Part shown: positions 38,881-52,329 of the stretch, in pieces | How the letters are laid out: every line of letters begins with the position of its first letter | Position numbering within the stretch: position 1 is the first letter of the stretch | NCBI RefSeq assembly: GCF_963921235.1 | Contig: NC_086118.1 | Location: forward strand, 27,406,001-27,470,000 | Reading direction: 5' to 3' | Length of the DNA stretch: 64,000 bases | Source of the DNA: Mobula hypostoma | Taxonomy: Eukaryota | Program-made: the position numbers and the translations under genes | The notes under the pieces: model-generated | Told to the model about the DNA's origin: nothing | The model's input: only the letters and a program-made list of their open reading frames with translations | Databases searched by the model: none

Positions 38881-40383
38881 TTAAATAGACACATCATTAT
38901 GAGTTCTGTTCCAGGACGAAGTTAGCAGGTGGATGTTGGAGAAGATTCAAAGATTTTTTAAAACTTCCTTGAGGAAGAACAGTACTATCGTTTCTTGAGA
39001 GCTCCTTTCTTATGGCTTTTCAAATGTAGAAGGAGCATTTTTCTTTTTACTTTCTTAGAAATACATTATGGTAACAGGCTCTTCTCACCTAATTCTGCCC
39101 AATTACCTGTACATTTTTGGAATGGAAGAGGAAACCAGAGCCCTTGGAGGAAACATACATGGTCATGGGGAGAATGTGCAATCTCTTTACAGACAGCGGC
39201 GGAATTGAACTCTGGTTGCAAGCGCAGTATTAGCATCATGTAGACTGCCATGTCGCCATGATGCTCTCATTCTGGGTGGTTCTCAAACTCAGCAGTCCAC
39301 GCATTGAGACGACTCAGAAGTCACGCATCAGTGACGAAAGAAACTCACTACTATCAACACGCTGTAGTTCCAGAAATGGAAGCAGGACCCTGAGGGAACC
39401 ACATATGAAAAAGGACATATAACTGTTTCTATCAAGAGACTTTGACTTTGAGAATATGAGTTCAAATTCCAGCATGCTACATGAGCCGTTTAATTTAAAT
39501 AATTAAATATTTTTGAAAGGAAATCCAATAACAGCAACAGCAACAAAAAAGTGACTGGATTATGGTAAGGTCTATTGTAAAGTAACGTTAAGTTAGAAGT
39601 TTCCCATCCTCGCTCTTACCTACTGTACATGTGATTCCAAACCTACTTCAACAATGGCCTGCAAGTTTAAGGAGTAATTACGGTTGGACAACAAATCTCA
39701 GCCTTGAGCAAATGAGGCAAATCTGGGAGGAAGACCACAATGTTAGTTTTTTTTTTAAGTTTCCATTACCTTGATTTGTTTTTCTTGTGTTGAAGCTGCC
39801 AGATTGTGCTACGCACTTCATAGGAACTAGAGTAAAGCCAACAAAAGGATAGTTTAACTTGTGACCTTAAATAGTTGGTTGATTTCTGACTACTATTTAT
39901 GGTGTAGATTTGGAGTCATGTTGCCAGAAATAATTTGTAGTTTCCACTCATAGGAGCAGCATTTAATGATTATTTCAATTAATATTCAAATATGAAATCT
40001 TTGATCTGGGTTGGCATGGTCTTATTGCAGTAGTATTTGGAACCCCCCTTAGGAAGGAAAAGCAATGTAAATTTACTGGAATGACACCTAGATTTCAAAG
40101 GAGAGATTGCACATGGGATCATATTCTATGGTATTTGGAAGGTTAAGGGGTATGCAAAACAGAGTTCTCAAATTGTAATAAAACACAAGAAGATAGGGAA
40201 AAGCTATTCCAACTTGAACATGCAAAGTTTAAAGTAAGGTCTGAAATTCTCTTCTGCACTTGGCAATTAATGTGGGATAAATTATGAAGTGTAAACCTAC
40301 ACTTGACAGATTTTTAAAATGTAATGGATATGAAGCAAAGTTAAGGGACAGATCAGGCAATATCTAATGATGCAAGACTTGAT

Positions 40384-40946
40384 TGCCAAAATGACCTAAA
40401 TCCTGAGCCCATATTTCAGAACAGTTAATAATATCAGCCACACTTGATTAATTAAGGATCATGCAGGTTGTGGTGTAACTAAAAACGACACGCTACTTAA
40501 TTATTGCATCAGTTGTTGTAAAATGAGTTTGCACTTGTGATCCTTCACAAATTAAACTATAGACCATGGACAAGGAACAGTTGGAAGGCTAGTGTCTAAC
40601 TGCCCTTTAATTTGCTCATTTACTACTGACCATTGACTAATCTCTGGAGTAAAAGCTGCCAACTCTCTGTTGGCGAAAGTATGTTGGAGATCAAGAAGCA
40701 GCAATGTGGAGCTCCTTAAAGGACATTTAAGATACGTGCCTTCCAACTGTTCCTAGGCATGGTCTAATGTTTAATTTCTGAAGGATCACAAATGCAAACA
40801 GATTTTTACCACACCAATCTGATGCAATAATTAAGTAGCGTGTCATTGTTGCTTACAGCCACAACCTGCATGATCTTTAATTATTCAAGTTTGTTTGACA
40901 TAATTAATTGTTTTGAAATATATACTCAGGATTTAGGTCATTGCAA
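40384..40946. repeat. ~560-bp foldback element (long imperfect inverted repeat, MITE-like)
   Basis: Left arm atgacctaaatcctgag..gatcatgcaggttgtgg..gacacgctacttaattattgcatcag..ggaacagttggaaggc mirrors right arm gccttccaactgttcc..ctgatgcaataattaagtagcgtgtc..ccacaacctgcatgatc..ctcaggatttaggtcat. Confidence 0.9.
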
Positions 40947-41704
40947 CATTCAAGTATTTTCCATCATTTAAATCAAGGTTCAAGGTACACCTATTATCAA
41001 CGTATATATGCAGCATACAACTTTGAGAATTGTCTTCTCCGGACAGCCACGAAACAAAGAAAACTATGGAAGCTGTTCAAAGAAAAACATCACCCCCCAT
41101 GTGCAAAAAACCCCAAATCATGCAAAGAGCAACAAGAACATCAAACTGTCCCCCCCACACAAAAAAACATATTGCGTAAATGGCAACAAGAATGTCAAAC
41201 CCCCATATGCAAAAAAAATTGTGCAAATGGCATCACGAACATCAAAACCCAACCCCCCAATACAAAATAAAATCGTGTATATGGGAAAAGAAAAGATGGG
41301 CAAAAACACAGAATATAAAACATTAAACTGAAATAATATTTAATTTTATATAATATCTGTCAGTGGTATTTACTTTAATTTGGAAAGCTTTATTATTCAT
41401 TCTGGCTCAAATATTTGGTCATTTTCCTTCGACAAGTTCAAGTTCACTGAAATTCATCACAAAGCAACATAATTACAGGTGCATTGATGATATGTCAGTA
41501 AATCAGCATTATGAAATAATTCTACAGCTTTGTATGTGAAAAAATATATCAATAAGGATGGATGGAAAAGCATCTGACATGTCAGTTTTCAGTCAGTTTA
41601 CCTTTGTTTATTTAAGTGAAGAAGAACAAGTGCCAATGTATTTTTATCCATGTTAATTCTTTTCTAAGTTCCAAGAAAAAATTCTGCCCGAGGCCGATGA
41701 TATT

Positions 41705-42150
41705 AGAGCATAAGATATAGGAGCAGAATTGTGGTTTTTGGGCCATCAAGTCAGCTCTGCTATTCCACCATGGCTGATTTGTTATCCCTCTCAACCCCAG
41801 TCTCCTGCCTTCTCCCCATAACCTTTGGCACTCTGACTAATCAAGAACATTTAAACAGCTGCTTTAAATATGTCTCATGATTTGGCCTCCACAGCCACCT
41901 CTAATTGGAGAAACTCCTCCTCATCTCTGTGCTTGTATTCTGAGGCTGTGTCCTCTAGTCCTTGACCCCACATGCCCCACCACTGGAGGAAATATTCTCT
42001 CCATGTCCTCTCTATCTAGGCTTTTCAATATCTTATAGGTTTTAATGAGGTCCCTTCTCGTTCTTCTTAACTCCAGCGGGTACAGGCCCAGAGATATGAA
42101 GAGTTATGAAACATTCCTCATGTGTTAACCCTTTCATCTCCAGGTTTATT
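41705..42150 (-). mobile_element. CR1 3' fragment
   Basis: cataagatataggagcagaatt tail and post-RT sequence similar to 42255-42580. Confidence 0.75.
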
Positions 42151-42579
42151 TGTTCCTAAGTAGCCAGTTTAATATTACCAGTTGATGGAAGGTTGACAAA
42201 AACTGAATATTAAAGAGATAATAGAGTGGAGTTTTCTAAAGAAAGATATTAAACCATAACTCATAGGAGCAGAATTAGGCCATTCAATCCATTGAGTGTG
42301 TTCTGCCAATCCATCATGGCCGGTTTATTATCCCTCTCAAACCCATTCTCCTGCCTTCGCCCTGTAACCTTTGGTGCCCTGACGAATCAAGAACCTATCA
42401 ACCTCCATTTTAAATACACTCAATGACTTAGTCTGCACAGCCATCTGTGGCAATGAATTCTCCGGATTTACCACCCTCCAGCTAAAGAAATTCCTCCTCA
42501 TCTCTGCTCTAAATGGACACCCCTCTATTCTGAAGCTGTGTCTCTGGTCCTAGACTCACCCACATAGGAAACATCCTCC

Positions 42580-45500
42580 TAGGGTTGCCAACTTTCTCAC
42601 TCCCAAATAAGGGACAAAAGTAGCAGTCAAATCGGGACACTTGTGTTTACCCAGAGAAAGACTACCATGACCATGAAGCCTTGCGTGGGCACCTGTGTGC
42701 GCATGCGTGACGTGTGCATGCGTGTGCGTGCCGATTTTTTTCTACAAATCAGTTTTGGCTTAATCTTCCCGATTCTGCTTTTACTACATGTTAGTGTTAT
42801 TTCAGGTTTTATATGTTATTGGTATGATTTGGTAGGTTATTTTTTGGGTCTGGGAATGCTCAAAAATTTTTCCCATATAAATTAATGGTAATTGCTTCCT
42901 CGCTTTACGTCATTTCAGCTTACGAACGGTTTCATAGGAACTCTCTACCTTAGCGGGGGAAATACGGGACAAGGGCGGTCCCGTATGGGCTAAGAGAGTT
43001 GTAAAAGAGCGCCTGAAGGCTTTATGTGTCAATGCAAGGAGCATTCGTAATAAGGTGGATGAATTGAAAGTGCAGATTGTTATTAATGATTATGATATAG
43101 TTGGGATCACAGAGACATGGCTCCAGGGTGACCAGGGATGGGAGCTCAACGTTCAGGGATATTCAATATTCAGGAGGGATAGACATGAAGGAAGGGGAGG
43201 TGGGGTGGCGTTGCTGGTTAAAGAAGAGATTAACGCAATAGAAAGGAAGGACATAAGCCGGGAAGATGTGGAATCGATATGGGTAGAGCTGCGTAACACC
43301 AAGGGGCAGAAGACGCTGGTGGGAGTTGTGTACAGGCCACCTAACAGTAGTAGTGAGGTCGGAGATGGTATTAAACAGGAAATTAGAAATGTGTGCAATA
43401 AAGGAACAGCAGTTATAATGGGTGACTTCAATCTACATGTAGATTGGGTGAACCAAATTGGTAAAGGTGCTGAGGAAGAGGATTTCTTGGAATGTATGCG
43501 GGATGGTTTTTTGAACCAACATGTCGAGGAACCAACTAGAGAGCAGGCTATTCTGGACTGGGTTTTGAGCAATGAGGAAGGGTTAATTAGCGATCTTGTC
43601 GTGAGAGGCCCCTTGGGTAAGAGTGACCATAATATGGTGGAATTCTTCATTAATATGGAGAGTGACATAGTTAATTCAGAAACAAAGGTTCTGAACTTAA
43701 AGAGGGGTAACTTTGAAGGTATGAGACGTGAATTAGCTAAGATAGACTGGCAAATGACACTTTAAGGATTGACGGTGGACATGCAATGGCAAGCATTTAA
43801 AGGTTGCATGGATGAACTACAACAATTGTTCATCCCAGTTTGGCCAAAGAATAAATCAAGGAAGGTAGTGCACCCGTGGCTGACAAGAGAAATTAGGGAT
43901 AGTATCAATTCCAAAGAAGAAGCATACAAATTAGCCAGAGAAAGTGGCTCACCTGAGGACTGGGAGAAATTCAGAGTTCAGCAGAGGAGGACAAAGGGCT
44001 TAATTAGGAAGGGGAAAAAAGATTATGAGAGAAAACTGGCAGGGAACATAAAAACGGACTGTAAAAGCTTTTATAGATATGTAAAAAGGAAAAGACTGGT
44101 AAAGACAAATGTAGGTCCCCTGCAGACAGAAACAGGTGAATTGATTATGGGGAGCAAGGACATGGCAGACCAATTGAATAATTACTTTGGTTCTGTCTTC
44201 ACTAAGGAGGACATAAATAATCTTCCAGAAATAGTAAGGGACAGAGGGTCCAGTGAGATGGAGGAACTGAGCGAAATACATGTTAGTAGGGAAGTGGTGT
44301 TAGGTAAATTGAAGGGATTGAAGGTAGATAAATGCCCAGGGCCAGATGGTCTGCACCCTAGAGTGCTTAAAGAAGTAGCCCAAGAAATAGTGGATGCATT
44401 AGTGATAATTTTTCAAAACTCGTTAGATTCTGGACTAGTTCCTGAGGATTGGAGGGTGGCTAATGTAACCCCACTTTTTAAAAAAGGAGGGAGAGAGAAA
44501 CCAGGGAATTATAGACCGGTTAGCCTAACGTCGGTGGTGGGGAAACTGCTGGAGTCAGTTATCAAGGATGTGATAACAGCACATTTGGAAAGCGGTGAAA
44601 TGATCGGACAAAGTCAGCATGGATTTGTGAAAGGAAAATCATGTCTGACGAATCTCATAGAATTTTTTGAGGATGTAACTAGTAGAGTGGATAGGGGAGA
44701 ACCAGTGGATGTGGTATATTTGGATTTTCAAAAGGCTTTTGACAAGGTTCCACACAGGAGATTAGTGTGCAAACTTAAAGCACACGGTATTGGGGGTAAG
44801 GTATTGGTGTGGGTGGAGAATTGGTTAGCAGACAGGAAGCAAAGAGTGGGAATAAACGGGACCTTTTCAGAATGGAAGGCGGTGACTAGTGGGGTACCGC
44901 AAGGCTCAGTGCTGGGACCCCAGTTGTTTACAATATATATTAATGACTTGGATGAGGGAATTAAATGCAGCATCTCCAAGTTTGCGGATGACACGAAGCT
45001 GGGTGGCAGTGTTAGCAGTGAGGAGGATGCTAAGAGGATGCAGGGTGACTTGGATAGGTTGGGTGAGTGGGCAAATTCATGGCAGATGCAATTTAATGTG
45101 GATAAATGTGAAGTTATCCACTTTGGTGGCAAAAATAGGAAAACAGATTATTATCTGAATGGTGGCCGATTAGGAAAAGGGGAGGTGCAACGAGACCTGG
45201 GTGTCATTATACACCAGTCATTGAAAGTGGGCATGCAGGTACAGCAGGCGGTGAAAAAGGCGAATGGTATGCTGGCATTTATAGCGAGAGGATTCGAGTA
45301 CAGGAGCAGGGAGGTACTACTGCAGTTGTACAAGGCCTTGGTGAGACCACACCTGGAGTATTGTGTGCAGTTTTGGTCCCCTAATCTGAGGAAAGACATC
45401 TTTGCCATAGAGGGAGTACAAAGAAGGTTCACCAGATTGATTCCTGGGATGGCAGGACTTTCATATGAAGAAAGACTGGATGAATTGGGCTTGTACTCGT

Positions 45501-45975
45501 TGGAATTTAGAAGATTGAGGGGGATCTGATTGAAACGTATAAGATCCTAAAGGGATTGGACAGGCTAGATGCAGGAAGATTGTTCCTGATGTTGGGGAAG
45601 TCCAGAACGAGGGGTCACAGTTTGAGGATAGAGGGGAAGCCTTTTAGGACCGAGATTAGGAAAAACTTCTTCACACAGAGAGTGGTGAATCTGTGGAATT
45701 CTCTGCCACAGGAAACTGTTGAGGCCAGTTCATTGGCTATATTTAAGAGGGAGTTAGATATGGCCCTTGTGGCTACGGGGGTCAGGGGGTATGGAGGGAA
45801 GGCTGGGGCGGGGTTCTGAGTTGGATGATCAGCCATGATCATAATAAATGGCGGTGCAGGCTCGAAGGGCCGAATGGCCTACTCCTGCACCTATTTTCTA
45901 TGTTTCTATGTTTCTAAACCAATTCAGCCCAATATACGGGATGTCCCTGCCAATACGGGACAGTTGACAACCCTA
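42580..45975. mobile_element. Non-autonomous hAT DNA transposon (~470 bp of own sequence) split by a CR1
   Basis: TIRs tagggttgccaact (42580) / agttgacaacccta (45975); 8-bp TSD catcctcc / catccttc; subterminal tacggga repeats. Confidence 0.8.
42990..45915 (+). mobile_element. Young 5'-truncated CR1 LINE with nearly intact ORF2
   Basis: NARSI, ITETWL, MGDFN, KSDH endonuclease; RT DFQKAFD, GVPQGSVLGP, KFADD; only one stop (43763-43765) and one frameshift (~45525) are evident; (tttctatg)n tail. Confidence 0.97.
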
Positions 45976-47098
45976 CATCCTTCCCACATCCACTCTATCT
46001 AGGCCTTTCATAATTCAGAGGTTTCAATGAGATCTCATTTTTCTGAACTCCAGCAACTACAGACCCAGAGCCATCAAATGTTCCTCGTACATTAACCTTT
46101 TCATTCCGGAATCCTTCTTGCGAACCTCCTCTGGGCCCTCTCCAATTCCGGCCCACCTTTTCTTAGATAAGAGGCCTAAAACTCCTAATAAATCTCCAAG
46201 TATGGTCTGACCAATGCTTTATAAAGATTCAGCATTACATTCTTGCTTTTATATTCTAGTTCTCGCAAAATGATGATAATATCGCTTTTGCCTTCCTTAT
46301 CACTGACTCAACCTGCAATTTAACCTCTAGGGAATCCTGCACATCATCTCACAAGTCCTTTAGCACTTCACACTTTTGAATTTTCTCCCCGTTTAGAAAA
46401 CAGTCTGCGCCTTTATTCCTTCTACCAAAGTGCATGACGATACACTTCACAATACTATATCCCATCTGCCAATCCTTTGTCCATTCTCCTAATATGTGTA
46501 AGTCCTTCTGCAGACTTCCTGCTTACTCAAGATCACCTGCCCATCCACCTATCTTTGAACATCTGCAAACCTGATCACAAAGTCATCAATTCCATCAACC
46601 AAATCATTGACATATTGCATAATGTGAAAAGAAATGTTCCCAATAGTGACCCCAGCAGAAAACCACTAGTCACGGGCAGCCAACCAGAATAGGCCTCCTT
46701 TACTTGCTCTCTTTACTTCCTCCCAATCAGACTATCTTCTATGTACGTAAGTATCTTTTCTATAATACTATGGGCTCTTATCTTGTTAAGCAGCCTCAGG
46801 TGTGGCACCTTGTCAATGGACTTCTGAAAATCCAAGTAAACAACATCCACTGACTCTCCTTTGTCTATCCTGCCTGTTATTTCCTCAAAGATTTCCAACA
46901 GATATGTCTGGCAAGATTTCCCCTTAAGAAAACCATGTTGACTTCGGCATAATTTATTTTATAGCCCCAAGTACCCCAAAACCTTATCCTTAACAATGGT
47001 TTCCAACATCTTCCCAACCACTGAAGTCAGGCTAACTGGCCGATACTTGCCTTTCTTCTGCCTCCCTCCCTTCTTAAAGAGTGGAGTTACATCACCAC

Positions 47099-48163
47099 TG
47101 TATGACGTGCTTCCAAAATAATGAAGCTCCAAAATCTAAAAAGGTATGTTCAATCCTTTATTACAAAACCAGCAAAGATAAACGATCTTAAAGCGGTAAA
47201 AAACTAATGAAACTAAATTAGCGATATAGCAATCTTAGTGTTCAAATCAGCGTGACTAAGCTTTTTAATTATCAATATCAGAATTAGTGTCCTATCTGTA
47301 TTTAAGCATTCCAGTTAGTGTTTCAATAATGCCCCAATTAATGGTTCGCAATTAGTGATTTCAGCTAGTGAAATTAGCATACTAAACAGTATAGTAACGT
47401 TCCAATTAACATCACAATTAGTGGTCAATGAAAGATATAATTCTCTGTGGCTCAACCCCTCGCCACTAGACATAAGTAAAAACTAACTCACTAAGCATGA
47501 ATATGTAACTATACCCATTTGCTTCGACCATGCCCCAACCCATGTGACAGATTATCATAATAAACGCACTACAAAACACAATACAGACAAAAAGAATTGA
47601 TACGTGGCTACAACGGACAGAAAATAAATACATGGTTCCTGCATTCCACCCCTTAGTTATTACACTATATTGATTACAGCTACATATTAATAAATTAGGA
47701 GACATGAAATATTCAAGGACAAATATCTTAATATTTATACAAATGTCTTCTTCCTTCGTTCTTCTTCCAGTCAGGTCATATAACAGTCATCTAGGCCAGA
47801 GGTTACCAACACTTAGACCAGTACAGAGTGATTTTTACTACCACACTCCATCGAGTCAAAGTCATGAAGCTTCTGGAGCTGCAGCTTTTCAAACCTCACC
47901 TGTAGAAGACAGAACTTGGTTCTAGGCCTGTCCAGACAGCTGGTCTTAGTCTTGATGCACACCTGCATTCAAATCTGCCTGGAAAGACTTGAATGACTCT
48001 TTCTGTGATCCATGAATTTTGCATGCTCTGTTGTCAACTATAAGCACAATGTCTCCTGTGAAGAAATTGTGTTTTATACCTGACCATTTCTGACATTCCC
48101 GTAACTGTGATAAATAGATACTATACATGGCTCCTATGGACAAAAAATAGACTTATGAGTCCT
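47099..48163 (-). mobile_element. BEL/Pao LTR-retrotransposon 3' fragment with LTR
   Basis: YLSQLRECQKWSGIKHNFFTGDIVLIVD resembles the BEL/Pao post-integrase domain; purine-rich tract agtggcgagggg (minus, ~47456-47467) precedes a TG..CA LTR at 47454-47099 with AATAAA near 47160. Confidence 0.7.
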
Positions 48164-48650
48164 ACACAATCCTCCAGAACCATTGCAGAATCTAGTGAAT
48201 TTTGAAAGATCATTACTAATGTCTCCGCTACCTCTTGCTGAACCCTGGGGTGTAGTGCATCTGGTCCAGGTGACTTATCTATCTTCATTCTTTTCAGCTT
48301 CCCAAGCACTTTCTCCATTCTAATAGCAGCTACACTTGGTTCTACCCTGTGACATTCTTGAATTTCTGGCATCTTGCTAGTGGCTTCCATAATAAAGACT
48401 GATGCAAAATACTTATTAAGTTCATCCGTTATTTTGTTCTCCTCATTTCCACCTCTCCAGCATTATTCTTCAGTGGTCTTTAATCCACTCTCACCTCTCA
48501 TTTACTCTTTCTATATCTGAAAAACTTTTGGTATGTTCTTTGATATTATTAGCTGGCTTACCTTCATATTTCATATTTTTCTTCTTAAGGCATTTTTTAG
48601 TTGCCTTTCTGTTAGTTTTTAAAAGCTTCCCAATCCTCTAACTTCCCACT

Positions 48651-48963
48651 TTTTTTCTGGCATCCGTTAGTCTCGTGAGACCATGGATTTGTGCCTTGAA
48701 CGGTTTCTAGGGCGCAGGCCTGGGCAAGGTTGTATGGAAGACTGGCAGTTGCCCATGCTGCAAGTCTCCCCTCTCCACATCACTGATGTTGTCCAAGGGA
48801 GGGGCACTAGGGCTGATACATCTTGGCACCGGTGTCGTCGCAGAGCAATGTGTGGTTAAGTGCATTGCTCAAGGACACAACATGTTCCCTCGGCTGAGGC
48901 TCGAACTAGCGACCTTCAGATCACTAGACCAACGCCGTAACTACTTGACCATGCGCCAACATG
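48651..48963 (-). mobile_element. tRNA-derived SINE
   Basis: Minus strand A box tggtcaagtag, B box gttcgagcc, core-like gtgtccttgagcaa; 12-bp TSD taacttcccact at 48639-48650 and 48964-48975. Confidence 0.85.
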
Positions 48964-51900
48964 TAACTTCCCACTAAGTTTTGCTCTTTTTTGCTTTTAT
49001 ATTGTTTTTGACTTCATTTGTCAGCCACGATTGTATCATCTTCCCTTTAGGATACTTCTTCAGCTTAGAATGTTAAATCTTTGGGATAGTTAATCTTCTT
49101 TTATTGGTAAATAAAAGATCTTTAAAGTATGACCCATTCTAAGAAGCATTGCAAAATCTTGTCTTCTACAGTGGAAAAGTTTTTTTGAAGAAGTATTATG
49201 TGAGTTAATTAATATTTCAGCATAAACTGACATTCTGAGAGTGAGATAGATAACCTGATAGTTGATATCTGGCAAGTTGGCAAAAATTCCCCACTAAATG
49301 CAGGCAACATATGGTGTAGCTAAAAAAAACCCAGGACTTTTAGAACAGCTTCAAAGTAATTGTGTGTGTCTTAGTCAAATTCCAAAAATGCTACTATTAC
49401 TTAACTACATTATCAATGTTTATGCTTTCATTAAACACCACAACATTTTGTGCAATTTTTGCATGCAACTGAAAAATAAAACTTGACAACAGATGGTAGT
49501 TTGTGTGAATGTATTCTAAACATTCATTTTGTATTTCTGGACACAGAGAACCACTGCATATGATGTTTTTCAACTAAGTCACCTACTTGTAAATTAGGCA
49601 AGGAAATTTTTTTTTGCTAGTTCTCTTGCACACCTATTTTTAATACATTTAGTGTAACAAATATTAAATTTATTATGTACAGTACAAAGTAGAGATGACA
49701 GCAGTCTTCTTCTAACCATGGAAATCTCTTTGTTTGCAATATACTGTACTATACCAAATGAATTAAGTAAGTACCCTTAAATCAGTGCACAAATTAAAAG
49801 TTTGTGAGTGAACAATTGAGAGGAGGCACACTTTCAAATTAATTTTTGAAATTCCTTTTCACTGTTTTGCCTTCTTTCAAATGCTATGTATTTAAAAGAA
49901 TGATTTCTAGAAATAAAGGTTTTTGGTAAGTGCAAAATTTTGGGGTCAGCAAAGGAGGAATATCTGCATTTGTTAATTTACATGTAATTGAGTAACAATA
50001 GAAAGTTGCTGTAGATATTTTCTGGAGACATAATTAGTCACACAATGCAAATGAAAATGAATGGATTTCCCTTTGAAAGTTCAAACTGCATTATTCGTTA
50101 TTGAAATATTCATAGCTTCACCTATCTATCATACTGTAATTAAACAAGTGAATGTGCTAACTATTCTCAAAATTAAGTGTATGTCATCCTATTATTTCTG
50201 ACTGACATTTTGAATTATTTACTTCATGGTTTTTCTCTGCGTTTGCTGTCACTGACTGTTGGTGTGAGTCAGATAACAATAGAAATGCAACTTCCTTCAG
50301 GCAAAGTGACTTTTAAACTCCTACTATTCCCTTCTGAGAAGGAATGACTAATACTCCCGTTCATATTTCACATTCTGACAAGATGACTTACTTTTCACAT
50401 AATCGTTATTGTCTGCAAAATAGAATAACATACAATGTCTTGATAGCTATGAAATCTAGAATTATTACTACAATTGTATACTTGGCAGATCATGGACAAG
50501 AATTGTTTTGAGTCCTCAGCAAATTCACAATCTACCGAAAACTTCAAGAAGCTCCATAGGGGAAGAGTGATTAAACACTAGAACTAATGATCAACCCAAA
50601 TTATACTTCTAATAAAATGTATTTTGAAACTTGTATTAATTATAGAATAATTTTGCTTTTATTGAGGCTACCACCTTTCTGTGTATAAACATGCATCTAT
50701 TTAGCTTTAGTCAATAATTGTAATTTGATCCATATTTACCATTGTGATAAGAATGTCGCTGCTTTTCCATCATCTTCTTCAAGTTGGAAGATAGTACAGA
50801 AAACATTTTCCATTTTGGATTATCTATTTCTGAATATTTGGACCATCACCACCTTACACTATTTCATAGCATGAAAATCAGAGCTCAGAAGTATCAGTCC
50901 AGAAGATTTGAAATAATTTTGCAAAAGGGAAGTAAGGGACAAAATTAGAATGCTTTTACACAAAGGGTCTACTGTATAACACGATAGAAGAAATGGGATA
51001 GTGGACTGAAAAATTAGTTGGATGTGGTGGAGAAAAATTAATCCAAGATCTTAAAGTATGGGGAAGGGGGAGAGTAACGAACATTTGACTTCTATGTTGA
51101 TCTAGTTTCTTCACCTTAACTAACATAATTTGATTTAGTGAAGCTTTTGAATCAACACTAGTGATAAAACATGAAGAAACCTATAGTGGAAATGATGAAA
51201 GTATGAATTATGTACATACAAATGGGACAGGAGGATAAGGTCAATGTATGTGATCGGTGATCGGGGTTAAATATGCATAACGATAACTGAAGCATTGTAG
51301 TGTGGAGGTGAGTTTAAGACTAGAAATGCACTGATTCCTGCACTATTTGGTTCTATCTGAACAAAAACATTGTTGGGATTAGAGCTGAAGGACATTTTGA
51401 CTAAACCATGGCTTGATAGTGCTTGGCTGATTAATGTGACAGCTGCTTCTGAAATTAATAGCCGAAGGTTCGAATTGTGCATGGCTGAAATCGATGTGCA
51501 TCTGGTATCATATTTGCTGGTGTTTATCCTGCAGATTGGCTGACCTGTGGTAAATACAAGAGGTGAATGATGGATCTGTTTTGGATGGGCCAAAGAGCTT
51601 GCCTGTAACAAGGAAACACGATTATAAAATATGCTTTTTATTACTTGGATTGGCACACTCTCCATAAAGGGAAAAGCACATTTATAAGATAGCATGATGG
51701 GTTAATTTTTACACAAGTGAAGGCAATAAAGGTACGTGGTCGCTGCCTCTTAGAGAGCCAAGAAGAAGCTAAACAGAACAATAGAAAGGACAATGTAAGC
51801 TCATTCCTAAACCCCTGAAGAAAGATTCAAACATTATTGAATACCCACTGGAACACAAATAAAATACTGAGTGCCGTGGAAGTTAGTCTCATGTCAGCTT

Positions 51901-52329
51901 TCTGTTGAACATCAGGAGTCTCTGTCTTTACAACAAGTGTAGAAGACCACTAAAGTGCCCTTGAAAGCAATAAAGTGGAGACAAGCTGTTCTTGGTAACG
52001 CATTCAATCATGGATAACACTTTCCATTCCCTTCATACTAAGCACCTAGGGCACAAAGCGATGTCAGCTGTGACTGATTATAAGCTCATCTCTGTCTGAT
52101 TAGCTGTGTGTTGATCGAGAATGTTGGGAGGAGACAATGCTACATATAGGATAGGGTGCCATTTCTCTGATGAGGTCTTGAAATGTTATGCTCTTTACAT
52201 CTGGGCAGAAAATGTGTTCAATTGAAGTAAATGCTCAGTGTGAATCATTCTTTTTGGCACAGCCCATTTGAAGCATCCAAACAATTAAGTGCTGACCATT
52301 TTACTTACCAAGAGAGTTCTCCTGACTCT

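Larger units (their letters stand above)
42255..49060 (-). mobile_element. Old CR1 LINE hosting several nested insertions
   Basis: 3' end at ~42255; continues at 45976-47090 (EIFEEITGRIDKGESVDVVYLDFQK) and 48165-49060 (KSPGPDALHPRV). Interrupted by a hAT element (itself containing a CR1), a BEL/Pao fragment and a SINE. Confidence 0.8.

Noticed and set aside
40941..41331. Lys/Asn/Pro-rich ORFs with internal repeats
   Set aside because: Reverse strand of a low-complexity non-coding retroelement tail containing short tandem repeats.
48880..48960. tRNA gene
   Set aside because: A/B boxes belong to a TSD-flanked SINE head; no complete cloverleaf or terminator.
51267..51695. 142-aa minus-strand ORF in unique sequence
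   Set aside because: No recognisable motif, no convincing splice or promoter context, and a length attainable by chance.
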